From the NCBI GenBank assembly GCA_964234715.1, contig OZ174282.1: DNA of 64,000 nucleotides; one strand, written 5' to 3'. Under the pieces are notes generated by a model. The model was not told the origin of the DNA. It made no database searches and was given only the letters and a program-made list of their open reading frames with translations. Below, one piece after another: positions 1-12,540 of the stretch. Positions within the stretch are counted from its first letter, which is position 1. Every line of letters starts with the position of its first letter. The position numbers and the translations under genes are program-made. This stretch comes from Podarcis melisellensis. Lineage: Eukaryota.

Positions 1-496
1 TTATCTGGAACACAAATCATTCCTTTTGATTGCTGCAAGCTGCTAAAAAGCATCACTTCACCCTTGATTTCTGGCACTCAGGACCTCAAGCTGCCCAAGC
101 CTGAGAACAGCACCTGAGTTTTCACATTAAGTAGAAAGGTCCAGAGTTCTTTAGAGGCAACAGCAGGACGCATCAGCTCCAGTTCATCTTTTGTCAGAAT
201 TGTACCAGAAAACACAGGGAGCATCTTGCACAGCCCACATTGCAGATTAACAGGCATGGAAGCTCCACACTGAATCACTTTTGTGGTTTAGCAGCAGCAT
301 CCCCCCTTTCTCTTTGCAGCAAGGAAAATGCCAGCACCTCCATAATGCATTTCCCCATTACACAACCACAAAAGAGGCACTATCCCTGGGAAAATGCCAA
401 CGCTTCATATTTGTTTTAATACCTGGGAGGAGGTGAGCAAAGAAGCAGCATTTGTTTTGCTTCATTCTTACCACTAGGCAAATAGATCTTTCTCAC

Positions 497-573
497 CCTG
501 CAAGAGCTTCTCTTTAACAGCTTTGCATTCTTCAATGTAAGTGGCGTACATGTTCACAGGAATTTTCTCAGCC
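497..573 (-). CDS. FANCA: FANCA exon 21 (AEKIPVNMYATYIEECK...); gene continues beyond window start
   Basis: 77 nt, AG/GT bounded; matches human ADKIPPSLYSTY. Confidence 0.93.
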
Positions 574-957
574 CTGTTTTAGGAAACAGAAATGTTTTTA
601 TGCCACCACTCAACCAGCTTCCAGTTACCATCATGACGCAGTTGGCATGTCACATGCAAATGATGTTTTAAAGTGAGCCAGGGCATGCAGGTGGCTGCCC
701 CTTTTACTGGCTGACCAAGTAAGCAATAGAACGGGCCAGAGCTACAAACAGGAAGCTTTCAATTAACATCAGGAAAAAAACTTTTTGTTGAACAGAACTT
801 GATCACGATTATGTAGATGGATGTTGGCCCTAGGAAAAGACATTGCTTATAAAGCACTGTCTGGAACCTCTCCTGTCATCCCACTTCTCTATATGTGCAG
901 AAAAGAACAGCCAAAGAAGTGCAAAATGGCTCCACTATGGAAGCAACCAAAGAGATA

Positions 958-1302
958 CAGTGGTGCCTCGCAAGACGAAAAGAATCCGTTCCGCGATTCT
1001 CTTCGTCTATCGGTTTTTTCGTCTTGCGAAGCAAGCCCATTGACAGCTTAGCGGATTAGCGCTACAGCGGTCTAGCAGCTTCTAGTGATCAGCTGTTAAG
1101 CGGCTTATCAGCGGATCAGCTGTTAAGCAGCTTAGCGGCTTAGGAAAAGGGGGGGGGAACCCACGGGGACTTGCAAGATTTCTTCGTCTTGCGAAGCAAC
1201 CCCATAGGGAAATTTGTTTTGTGAAGCGCCTCCAAAACGGAAAACCCTTTCGTCTAGCGGGTTTTCCGTCTTGCGAGGCGTTCGTCTTGCGGGGCACCAC
1301 TG
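958..1302. mobile_element. Tc1/mariner (Tigger/pogo-like) MITE
   Basis: 22-bp TIRs CAGTGGTGCC(T/C)CGCAAGACGAA with one mismatch, TA on both sides. Confidence 0.9.
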
Positions 1303-1356
1303 TAAAGACCATTTTGTGCCACATGGGAATATTTTCTTGCACATGCAGTTAATCAA

Positions 1357-1607
1357 AGAAGAAGAAGAAGAAGAGTTTGGATTTGATATCCCGCCTTTCA
1401 CTCCCTTTAAGGAGTCTCAAAGCGGCTAACAATCTCCTTTCCCTTCCTCCCCCACAACAAGCACTCTGTGAGGTGAGTGGGGCTGAGAGACTTCACAGAA
1501 GTGTGACTGGCCCACGGTCACCCAGCAGCTGTATGTGGAGGAGCGGAGACTCGAACCCGGTTCTCCAGATTACAAGCCTACCGATCTTAACCACTACACC
1601 ACACTGG
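1357..1607 (-). mobile_element. tRNA-derived MIR/Ther1-related SINE (Squam3-like)
   Basis: Minus-strand tRNA-like head with B box GGTTCGAGTC, CORE-like body, (TTC)n tail; family name from recall. Confidence 0.8.
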
Positions 1608-1835
1608 AGTAGTGTACCACCACACCTGGAGACCAAGAACAGTGGACCCAAGAGGCAGAGAGGTCTGTGGGCATTCAGAAGTGTGGTAAGACCATAACAC
1701 TACTGCATTACGTGGCTGCAGGTGCAGAGATAACTGAGCATCATGGGATGTCACATCAGGTGATGTCAAACGTCCCCAGTATGAAGCCTCTAATACCAAA
1801 AAACAATTGCAGCTTTTCAGAATCCACTTCCTTAC

Positions 1836-1885
1836 CTCTTAAGGGAGTCTATCAAAGCCATGCGAGAGTCGGGTGTTTCAGGAAG
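1836..1885 (-). CDS. FANCA: FANCA exon 20 (LPETPDSRMALIDSLK)
   Basis: 50 nt, AG/GT bounded; matches human LPKVPDSRVAFIESLK. Confidence 0.96.
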
Positions 1886-2112
1886 CTGCAATTAAAAAAA
1901 TAAAATAAAAAATAGTGTTTTAATATCCGTTTTGACATTGCTGATTTAGATGCACATGGTTTTTATGCTGCAGCTCATTCTGAGTGTGAATGTGCTTAAT
2001 AGAACAGTAACCTACAAGTTTAGGAATACATAAAACAGAAAAGCAACCAAAACTTTCAAAAAAATTTCATTCGCCACCCAAAATTGGAGGAAACAAAAAG
2101 AAGGATGCTCAC

Positions 2113-2173
2113 CACACGTGGCGCAAGTAAAGCAGGAATAAAATGCGAAATGTAATAGGACCGTCTGAAGATG
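2113..2173 (-). CDS. FANCA: FANCA exon 19 (IFRRSYYISHFIPALLAPRV)
   Basis: 61 nt, AG/GT bounded; matches human [20 protein letters not shown]. Confidence 0.97.
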
Positions 2174-3175
2174 CTGAAACACAGGAAGGCAGATGCGGTA
2201 GAAATTAATCACATCTGGAACACACAGTGCATCTTGACATTTTTAGGAATGCCTTAAAACAAACCTACTGGTTTTTATTTCAAAAAATCACACAGAAAAA
2301 AGTACTTCAAAAACACAGCATGTGGGCATATTGTTGTGATAACCCATTGATATGATTAGCTATAGGGCAGTTCCACAACAGGAAGGACTACACAACACAA
2401 AGCAGCCTTTGCAGAACCCAATGAATAAGAATCTAAGAAGAGCCCTGCAGCAGCTGGATCAAACTAAAAAGGGTCCCTCTTACTCCGGCATCCTGTTCTC
2501 ACAGTGGGCAGCCAGGAGCCCCCAAGGGAGACTACAAACAGGACCTGAGCGCAATGACATTTTTTACTTCATTGGGGCATTCACAGGGAGCCAGGCACAC
2601 CCTCAGCTGCAGCTCACGACAGCTTCCTCAAGGCAAGAGGGTCCATTCAAGGGCAACAGAACAAGCAAGCTCTGAGCTGCAATCCGAGGGCCACAAGCCC
2701 CACAATTCCCCCCCTGCCCTGAGTGAGCTACACTGAAACAAAAGAGGAAATGCACAAGAGGGGGACTGTGCCAGACCAATTGCTGGAAACTTCAAGAGAA
2801 GAGAATCCTGCTTGCTGGTTTCCCAGAGGCATGTGGTTGGCCACTGTGAGAACAGGATGCTGGACTAGATGGGCCACTGGCCTGATCCTGCAGGGCTCTT
2901 CTTATGTTCTTGGAGGGATGCTTGCAAAGGATGCCTTTTTAACCAGAGTTGGGGAACCACCATTCATGGGTGTTCGACTCTTTTCCTCCTTCCACGTTCT
3001 TTCCACACACAGCAGCAAACACTAGACAAACAGCTACCAACAGGTTTTATTATTATTATTTTAGACAGCAATTCCAGCTCTTCTTCTTTTAAAGCCTTTT
3101 TTCCCCCTGACCATATTGTTTGATATGTTCCTAGAACAGAATATTTTGGGGAGCTGAGAGATGAAGATATCATAC

Positions 3176-3264
3176 CTGGCTTCCATCACACTAGTTGGGA
3201 TTTTTCCAGTGTTTTCAAATATCTGAATGGCCTTTTCAACATCATGAAGTGCCTGGCAGTGTGG
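3176..3264 (-). CDS. FANCA: FANCA exon 18 ([29 protein letters not shown])
   Basis: 89 nt, AG/GT bounded; strong match to human [23 protein letters not shown]. Confidence 0.97.
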
Positions 3265-5561
3265 CTGACATACACACACAGAGAGAGAAGCAACAGAGGA
3301 GAGAAGAAATGTTTTTTATCTCTTTTTGCACAACTGATCCAAGTCTTTCTTTCCTGCTCTATTGTGCTTTGTGACTGCTTTTTCTGTGCCATGGGAGACA
3401 TGGCCAGTTCAGCTGCATAACAAATACTTGGTGATGGGGAACTAAGACAGCATAACAGGAGCAGAATAAGATCACAATCAGGTAAAAGATACTCAAGTGG
3501 ATCTTCCAAATTTCATATATTTTACGCCTTGGGGCTTAAAGATTCTGCTGTTAAGTGTAAATGGCTGCTCTGGGTAAAGTCAGGCAGAAATAATGCTGTT
3601 CTGGGTCTGGCACAAATGAGCAGACACAATAAAAACTGCAAAGAAACAGCAAGAGCCCAGGAAATCCATTCTGTGATTGGGGCCCAACAGGGACATAAGA
3701 AGAATGAAAAACAACCTTTCCTGCAGGATACACTGAGAAATTGAAATAAGAACTCCCTGAAAACAAACATAGCTATAGCAAACAGCTTTTATGTATCACA
3801 CTTAAAAGATTTGTTATGCTGCATTTCCACCAGTAAATTCCAGCATCTCTGATCAGACTTAAGACAGAAATAAATGAGTAGAATAATATTGGTCCGAACT
3901 AAACGAACCGGAATGTCATGGTTCGTTTTTGTCATGGAGATTAAAATTGGACCCACTTACACTTTTCTGTCTGCCTTGGACGTAACTGCACAAAAGTTAC
4001 CAGTCTGCAAACATTTTACATGCCTCGTTCATCCGCCAGCTGTATTTCCACACTGGGCTTCCTTCCTCTGTTTCAGTGCTGAGTGCTGAGGAAGTGCTGA
4101 GCACCGCAGATCACCTCCATGCAGAGCCTACCCACCTACAGCTACCAAGCAAATGCTCAAACACAAGGCTGCTGTCAACCACCCTTTTTCCCCCTGACCA
4201 TGTGTAATTAAAGCTTTTGCCTCCTTTCAAAGTAAGGCCATGAGTTCTAAGACCTGCGGGCGTCAGGAGAGGTGAGATTCTGAGTAGAGAATGAGCATCA
4301 AAAGTGCAGGGGAAAAGGGAGGTGGGAATGAGTGGGACTGCAAGATCAAGTTAGGCCCTTGAAAGACCCCAAGGGAAGCCTCCGAAATTGAAGCAGAAGC
4401 CCTGGAGGAATGTGCCCCCACCCCCAAAAAACAAAAAAAAACCTGAGCTCTGATTAGTAAAAGGGTTTCCCTTCTTCAACATTTGGTAATTGCTCATCAG
4501 ATGTGAAGCTGAAGAAGGGCATTGATAATGCAAGGTAGTTTTCATGGTGCTCAGAGAGACCCCATTCTTGGATTAGCTCCCGGCTACCTGAACGGCCGCC
4601 TCACTCCCTCTGAGCAACTTCTTTCTGACCACATTTAAATCGTGCAATTCCCTTCCTCTTCAGGAGGACTACTGGCCCCTCTCACTCTCTCAATTTTCTG
4701 CTCCCAAGTTAAGACCTTCCTTTTTCAGATAGGCTTTTAATTTGCCTGGTTAGTGCAAAATGGCTGATCCTGCTGCTTTGTGCCGGTCCTATCTACAGCA
4801 ATGCATAATTTGTTTGTGTTTGATGTCATTTAAACACCAGCCAAAGTCCTTTTTATTTTCTCAGGCCTTTTAATCCTTGGCTCATTGACGTTTTTGTCCT
4901 GCTTGGTGTCTGTTTTTAATTACACTGGCTCCTTTTATATTACGGTGCCCTAATGTTTTTACTTTAATTTTTATCTAAATTGTGATTTTAACTTTTCGTA
5001 AGCTGCCCTGAGAACCTGTGGAAGGGCAGAGTTACAGAGCAACCAAGCAATAATATAAATAAAATGATAATAAAACTTGAGGTAAGCCACCCTGAATATC
5101 AGCTTTTAAAATAGTGGAAGGGTGGAACAGAAATCCTTCAAGTCAATACATGCCCACTTTACCCTTCAACAGAGCCTTTTTACTCCCCTCTCCACCCCCA
5201 AGTCCAGCATGCATGTTGCAGTGCTAGTGTGGCAGTTCAGAAGCAACCAATGTGGTGCCTTTCAGATGCTACCCAATTCCAACTACCATCAGTCCCAGCC
5301 AGCATGGCCAATAGCCAGGGAGGATGATGGGAGTTGTAGTCCAGCAACATCTGCCTACCCTCACATTGGTTCTCCATGTTATAACCTGAAGATGCATCAC
5401 GGTAGCAGTTGTAAGCCTTAAGAAACATTGTAAAGTCATATTGTTAATGTTCTCCCCATGTAACCAATTATTAAGGTCAAGTCTACACTTGAGAGAAGTT
5501 ACCACAGCAGCAAGTCATAGAAATTATACTTATGGGGTCAGTCCAGGTGGTTCTTGTGTAC

Positions 5562-5621
5562 CTGCACAGCTTCCTTGACAGAAGACAAATCCTCATAGAG
5601 ACCCATGTCTTCTATCGCTAC
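5562..5621 (-). CDS. FANCA: FANCA exon 17 (VAIEDMGLYEDLSSVKEAVQ)
   Basis: 60 nt, AG/GT bounded; MGLYEDLSS conserved. Confidence 0.95.
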
Positions 5622-5886
5622 CTGGAAAGCGTTGAAAGAAAAAGGAGCACAGGTGAAGGCATGGTGGTGGAAAAGGGCAGGGGGCTTAGTGCAAAACAAG
5701 ACTCATCCCTAGAACTGGTTTCCGACAGCTCCGGGGCTAATCTTACCTTTCCTACCCTGCACAAATGCTGCCAGCATCCCCTGCACACCTGCAAGCGAGG
5801 AGGCAGTTTCCAGGTAGCTGACTAAGCCCCTGCACCTCCCTCTTTAAGAGGCTGAGCCCCAGAAATGGAAGAAGCCCTTCACTGAC

Positions 5887-5982
5887 CTTGAAATCAGCCA
5901 ACCGGGTTTTGGCGAGAGTGATGTATTCCAGAAGAAAGGGGCGGTATTTGATGGGTACAAACGGCGGGTGCATGATGTGGAC
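5887..5982 (-). CDS. FANCA: FANCA exon 16 (VHIMHPP...[10 protein letters not shown])
   Basis: 96 nt, AG/GT bounded; LAKTRLAD conserved. Confidence 0.97.
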
Positions 5983-6241
5983 CTAGAGAGACAGTTCAAA
6001 TCAAGGTTAGGCCAACAGTCGTCACGCCCATTGAATGCCCCTAGCAGTTTTGCACATTCCCTCCCAAGGTATGGGCTACAGAGAACAGATGCAAGATTTA
6101 TTGTACACAAGTACACTGCATGCTGCCTTTTTGTATGAATATGAACAAAACAAAAAAAGCATAGAGCACTTTACACTTCCTAGAAGTTCAAGCAGCAGTT
6201 AAAATCTAAAAATAGGTGGCAAGATCCTGTCCATGTCTCAC

Positions 6242-6352
6242 CTTCAGGTATTGAGGGGCTTCCAAGGGCACCAGCTCCGACAGGAACTTGAAGAGGAAGA
6301 CTAAGGCCTTCTTATTGCTACTGTGGAAGCCACTGCTGCTCCCAAAGGCAGC
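6242..6352 (-). CDS. FANCA: FANCA exon 15 (AAFGSS...[16 protein letters not shown]...YLK)
   Basis: 111 nt, AG/GT bounded; [16 protein letters not shown] conserved. Confidence 0.97.
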
Positions 6353-6540
6353 CTGGAAAGCGACAGCAACACACAGAAGACTGTTAAACTATGCCCATCA
6401 CTGAGACGAGGGAATTCATTACTGCAAGATGTAGTGACGGTCACCAACTTAGACAGCTTTAAAAGGAGAAAAGGCAAATGCATGGCGGAAAAGGTGTCAA
6501 TGACTGTGCTACCTGTAGGACTAGAGCTACTGCACACCAC

Positions 6541-6729
6541 CTAGGAAACTGCCTTATACCAAGTCACACCGTTGGTCCATCTTGCTCAGCATTGTCTACA
6601 CTGACTGGCAGAGGCTATCCAGGATTTCAGGCGGGAGTCTCTTCCAGCCCTAACCTGGAGATGCTGGGAATTGAACATGGGACCTTCTGCTTGCAAGGCA
6701 AATACTTTACCACTGAGCTATGGCCCTTC
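6541..6729 (-). mobile_element. tRNA-derived SINE with CR1-like tail; related copies near 24330-24490, 28085-28225, 30631-30790, 32054-32228, 39324-39516
   Basis: tRNA-like head (TAGCTCAGTGG...GTTCAATTCCC) and shared body repeated in the window. Confidence 0.8.
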
Positions 6730-7220
6730 TCCAACTGGATGGGGAAAGAGCAGGAGAGGGCTTGTGCTCTTATGTCCTGTTTGTGGGCTTAAAAATAATC
6801 TGGAGAGCCATTGTAGGAAACTTGCAATCGGCTATAGCAGGGGGGTGCGAACCTGTGGCCCACCAGATGTTGCTGGACTCAAAATGCATCATAGTCCAAG
6901 AAGAGTTAGAGCCCAACATCTTCTGTAGGGTCTCAGGTCCCCCCTCCCAGCACTCTTGGGATTCTTCTATGCAGTGCTGGTCCAGCCACTTTTCGCTCCA
7001 AGTTTGATTTATGATATATTTACGTTTTGAGTTTTCTGTTCCACATTCCCTTTGCCATTTGGATGAATGGTGTGGGTTGAACAGCAATGCCAAATACAGC
7101 TGTGCTAATGCAGCCTTGCTCTATTTTGATTTAAGACCCATCCCAGCCAAATGCAAAGCACCTTCAAATCCTAGTTTCTGGTACAGTAGCTCACTCCTGT
7201 AGAGGCTTGGATACCCTTCA

Positions 7221-7222
7221 AC

Positions 7223-7257
<35 letters not shown>

Positions 7258-7264
7258 CACACAC
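7221..7264. repeat. (AC)n microsatellite
   Basis: Seen directly, one interruption. Confidence 0.95.
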
Positions 7265-7321
7265 CGTCCTTGAGTCTGGCATAACAAGTTTCTTGGGGAA
7301 GCATCTTCCATTTGCTCTTAC

Positions 7322-7455
7322 CTTAAACCATTCTGCATAAGACATGAATATCGCAGGGCCTTCCAAGGCTGCCTGGCGGACTATTATGAATGCGGTGATC
7401 ATGTTTTCCAGGTCATAGTCCTCAAAGGCTTTTCTCAACAGGCGATCCAGGAGGT
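7322..7455 (-). CDS. FANCA: FANCA exon 14 (...VRQAALEGPAIFMSYAEWFK)
   Basis: 134 nt, AG/GT bounded; VRQAALEGP and WFK conserved. Confidence 0.97.
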
Positions 7456-8606
7456 CTAGAAGAAGCACAGCAAGATCTGCAAAATATTACATACCTATGG
7501 GGAAACCTGGATGCTAATAAAAAAAAAAGGCAACCCTCTGTTCAAAGATCAAACAAGACATTGAATACTCTTTTTGCAATTAAAAAATGCCAAAGAAATT
7601 GCTGTAGACAATAACAGACAAACCTGTTGTCTCAGTTCACAGGCCACAGCAGCAAATGTGCTACTCTTTCCCACTGGCCCAAAGCAACCCAATGAGCTTC
7701 ATGGTTGTATGGGGATCTGAAGGTAGGTCTCCCTTCTAGTCCAATGATCAACACCAGAGCTCCTGTCTCATATCCCCCAGCTGACAGATGTGTGGAGGGC
7801 GCATAAGAAAGAGAGGTCATTTTTTTGTTGTGATATGGCTATTGTGGAATAATTGCCTATCACCATCATTACACATGTTTAGCTGCCTGGTAAAGATGCA
7901 GCTCTCTCAGGAGAGTAGTTACTGATTTCTGCTGATGCTGCTACTACAATATGGGGAAGTCCTTTTCTTCTTCTTCTTGCGGACTCCTATTGCATCTACT
8001 GCTACAGTGTTGTTGCTTTTTAGTTTAACTCTTCACTGAGCATTTTGATTTGATTGTTTTTACTGTTTGCTAACTTTAGTTTGGGATCGGTTTTCAGAAG
8101 AAGAGCCGGATATGTGTATTTTCTTTAAAGGTAAGCAAACACATACTGATCTCATAACCACTTAAAGGGTTCTAAAGCTCCAACATTATACAACCACATT
8201 TAAATCTCTATATATTAATGCTCATACCTGAGCATGCACTTCCAGCCTTCCAAAGGTAATGGAAGAAGCTGTTCTCTGCAGAATGGGGCCTGGCACAGTA
8301 CTGCAAACATATGAGCATATGCCCCCTCCAGGTGACAGTTTAAGCCGCAATTAATAGCAGTTTAAATAGTCTCAACATAATGACCCACAGCTAAATTAAA
8401 AATTCAGAGAGAGAGAGGAGACTTGGCAAAGCCATCCAAGTCAAATTGATAATATTTGGCAGAGAAGCCAATATTATTTGCGAATATTTCTAAAACACCA
8501 AACAAGCAGCTGTGAGCATCGAATCACACCAGCCATTTTCCTCTCATGTCTGTTGGTTCTGCGCTTGAAAGACCAGCAGCAGCCCAGACATCTTCTCCAA
8601 ACATAC

Positions 8607-8748
8607 CTTTAATCAAGTGTTGTGCTTGAGGATGACAGACTAACAATGTAGACACACAGGAAAGGACATGGTGCCAATTCACTTCACTTGTCTCTAAGAC
8701 CAGCTGCAAATGATGCGTCAGCTCCTCTGCTTTGAACACCACAAACAG
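8607..8748 (-). CDS. FANCA: FANCA exon 13 ([25 protein letters not shown]...)
   Basis: 142 nt, AG/GT bounded; matches human [25 protein letters not shown]. Confidence 0.96.
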
Positions 8749-9272
8749 CTAGAAGGGAAGGAGGAGGAAATCCTTTTGGAATCAAAGGACGCTGGGGCAG
8801 AGCACCCAAGAACACATTCGTGGTTCACTCCTGACCATCACACTGCTGATCAGTGTTAGACAGTATTAAACAAAGTGGAATAATGGTCTGGCTCATCCTA
8901 AGGCAGCTTCCTATATTCCAGACCTGAAACCCAACCTAGAGGAGCTGGGGAAGCAGGAACTCCCACTTCCACCAAGAGATCTCTATACTGCCAGTGCCCC
9001 TGAAGAGCCGCTGGATCCAGACTTCCCTGCCCAAGCCTGTAATTCTCCACACCAAGTGCCTGGTTTCCTGCTCAGTTCTCAGAGTGTCACTCTGCATCTC
9101 CCAGAAGATGGTGAGTCAGGCAGGACCTTCAAAGCTAGCTGCCCGTGAGGCTATCCAACAGAAGGGAAGTGTCTATATATAAGCAGAACTGAGAAAAGAA
9201 CTCTTATCCAAGCTTTCTGCCCTGGAGAGATGAATCCTCTCTAAGGCCAGAGCCAAATGGCTTCCCTTCCTT

Positions 9273-9320
<48 letters not shown>
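9273..9320. repeat. (GCAA)12 microsatellite
   Basis: Seen directly. Confidence 0.95.
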
Positions 9321-9675
9321 ACACGCTGGATACTTCTCCTTGCTTGCACATCCCCCTTTGATATCCCCATTCTGTTTTGCAAGCCTCTTGGCACAAACAA
9401 CATTTCCCCAATGCATTGTTTGGTTTCCTGGCCTCAGCTTACAAAGCTATTGGCTTTTATTTTTTTTGTTCCGTGAAAGAGAGCAGGCTCCAATTTTGCT
9501 ATAATTGAAGCATGCTACTTCTGAAAAACCCAGACGCAGCACATATCATGTTACAGGGACTGTACCAAAGGGTACAGTTCCAGTAAGCTGCACGAGCTCC
9601 AGGAAATAATAATAAACAAGGGTTGTGCTAAAATGTGAGGTGTTCCTGGTCAGATCCCACAAGGAAGAGACATAC

Positions 9676-9752
9676 TTTGCGGTACAGCATGGTGAGCACT
9701 GAGCTGGTTCTTGCAAAGCTCCAGTCTCTCTGCAGATGAATGGCTTCGAAAG
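9676..9752 (-). CDS. FANCA: FANCA exon 12 (AFEAIHLQRDWSFART...LYRK)
   Basis: 77 nt, AG/GT bounded; QRxWSFART conserved. Confidence 0.95.
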
Positions 9753-11288
9753 CTGTGTTCAGAGAAGACAAAGGGGAGGGGGGGAAATCTAACTTTACAA
9801 ACCAGTAAGAGCAATTCTGCCAAAGGATAGCAAAATATCAAAGGCTTCCCTTGCTTATGCCTTGCAAAATAGATCAATTGTTTCTAGCAACTCCTAAAAC
9901 TATTAAGCCCAGGGCCTCTTTCACTTGTTCTCTTGCACATGCTGCTCGCTGCATTGCTAAGGCACTGAGTGAAAAGCTGTGAGTTCACAGGGATGGAGGT
10001 GTTTGCATTTCCATAGGGCAATGGAGGGTTGCCTTTCAGGAAATACACGACATAGGATGAGTGAAAAGCAAGTTATCCGCATGATGCTCCAAGGGCTTAG
10101 TAAGCATGCAGGTGACTCCTGAAATTCTGCTATCTTCCAGAAGAGCTAAATGGTGACAACCTCCCTGGCTGATTAATAGCCAGCCATTCTACTGGAGGCT
10201 GTAACATACTGTAACATTTACAGTATGTGAAAAGTAATTGTTAGCATTAGAGCAATGTGTATTTTGCTTTTGTCAGCCAGTTGGTTGGCTTATTTAGCTG
10301 GAAAATGGTTTAAAAAGAAGAAGTCTGAAATACAATTTTTAAAGACTAAGGAGCAGGAGTGAGAACATTCAAGCCTAGGCTGTTCTTTTTCCAACTTCCA
10401 CCGGAGTCCCGACTTCTCCCACATGCTCCTGGCTTCATGTTTTCTGGCCTGGACCTCTCCATGTCCGAGGGCTACACTGCCTTTAGGACAATTTGTCAGG
10501 GGATGAAAGCTGGCAGTGGGTGGGGTCGGAGCCCAAAGTGGAGGGAGCCAGCCTTCCTTTTCGCTCTCTCCTCCTTGCAATGAGCTTGGGCAGAGGAGTT
10601 TTGGAACCAGGCTGAGGGTCACATGAACTGAGGCAAGGAGCTGCATGGCCACCTCTGCCTTAAGCCTATCTCTGAAGACCTCATCAAACAAGGGTGGCAT
10701 TTTAGAGACAGTAGCAGGGCCTGGGTCAAAGGGTGGGGGCTCTTCAGGAGTTGCTGGTTGCATGGCAGGAAGGAAAAGCAGACCCTCCTGAAATCACCAC
10801 CCAGCTCTACATCAGGTACATAAAGAGTTATGCCCAGTATGATTAACTCCTCTCTCATCCCTGGAGTCCTAGCTTTTTTTAAAAAAAAAAAAAACTAAAA
10901 TAAAATCATTCTAAAACCAGCAATACATCACCAAACACATCAAAAATACATATTATCATTACATCATTTAATAATTACTCACAACATACGTGATAATGTA
11001 ACCAGTCATATATTGTACGCTGGTCAACATTAACTTCCAGTATTCCCTAATTTTGCAGTATTTCTAACAAATGAGAGTTAAGTCCACACAGACAAAATTA
11101 CCATGCCAACACTTCTGCCGTTAACTCATGGAGAAATCTGGCGCAATCTTAAGGGAAGGGTGTGTGTCTAAACATCCATTTATAAAAGCTTTGTTTTAAA
11201 TTCACACTCAGTGCTAACTGGGGCACTGACTTCCAAACCCATCTTCTCTACAGGTCTGTTTCCCAGTTCCCTTGATAGGAAGCCCCAC

Positions 11289-11401
11289 CTGTTAACTGAG
11301 CGTTGTAAGTAAGAACCTGGGTCAAGGTGTGACTAAAGAACTGATGCAGAGACTCCGGAGGGACTGTGCCTTGGGATGCCGTCATGCCAAATACGCAGAG
11401 C
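11289..11401 (-). CDS. FANCA: FANCA exon 11 (LCVFG...FFSHTLTQVLTYNAQLT)
   Basis: 113 nt, AG/GT bounded; FFSHTLTQ conserved. Confidence 0.95.
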
Positions 11402-11579
11402 CTGGAAATGGAAAAGGAAGCTCTAAGTCTCAGTGCTCAAGAACAATGACTCATCAGAGGTGAATTGCTGATAATGGCTCTAATTTTCTTAGTATAAAGA
11501 CATTCACTAGGAGGGCTGTCAAAATGAATGTAAATATTTATCCATTTTAACATATGCAGAAAAAATACACTAGATTCCC

Positions 11580-12540
11580 CCCCCCCTTGAGAGAGTTCAG
11601 TCCAAACTCCTTAGAGCTCTCCTACATACAAGTCCCCAGATGCGTTACAAACTCATGGGTTAGACCAGAAACGGGGATGATGAGATTGGAGGCTTATATC
11701 TGCCTAACATCAATCTACAAATGGCTGACATTGAATCTGCTCCCCCGACGAATAGCCCCACTGATCCTCTGCGACCAGTTCCAGTCAGGCTGGCAGACAG
11801 CAGTCCTGAACACCCTTCAGAAACTTGGTTTTGCCCCTCAAGCTCTTCTAAGTCTGTGGCTGGGCCAAGCAAAAGCTACAGTTAGGCAAAGAATCATAGA
11901 CACCGAGAGACAAGGTGCCCCAACTAAAAAATTGGAGAAATCGAGAGAGATATAGCCGCACCGGCAGCATATCTCTTCTTTCTCGTATCCAAAAATGCAA
12001 GAGGGGCTTTTACACTCGCCAGAAGCTTGGCCCTGCCCTCGCCGGTCCTAGAAGAATCCTTTTAAAAAGTCCCATATGCTGAGAGACTTTGCACCTGTTC
12101 ATTAGGGGATATAGGAAGCCCAGAGCACTTATTCTTTAGATGTCCCTTTTATGAAGAGGCACATAATGAGACCATTGATCCCCTGCTGGTGAGGCTTGCT
12201 GACCTCTGGGAAAAGCAAAAATTCGACCTTTTCCTGTTAGGCAAAGATCATAAGATGACCTGGATGGTCGTCAGATTCTGTGTACAGATCTGTAGGCGCA
12301 GACCATCCCCCGACTCAAACTAGTTTGTTAAGAAAATCCGCAAACTCAGACCCAGTGTATTCTGGGTCATCTCTCTGAGGTAGCTTATCTTAAAGTTTTA
12401 AGTGTCTATACGCTTATCACATTTATAAACTTCAAATTTATTGTTGTACATTGTTTAAAATATTTGTTTTCCTTCTGGGATTGTACCTCCAAGTGTGTTT
12501 TATAAGCTGGTCTCCGACCGTAATAAATTATCTATCTATC
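11580..12540 (+). mobile_element. 5'-truncated LINE (RTE-X-like ORF2 C-terminus) in FANCA intron 10
   Basis: Frameshifted ORF with RLCTC...EHLFFRCPFY zinc knuckle, (TATC)n tail, 14-bp TSD TACACTAGATTCCC at 11566-11579 and 12541-12554; clade tentative. Confidence 0.85.

Noticed and set aside
8228-8300. AG/GT-bounded 73-nt pseudo-exon in FANCA intron 13
   Set aside because: Frameshifting, no FANCA similarity, and exons 13 and 14 already join in phase; a poison exon cannot be supported without RNA data
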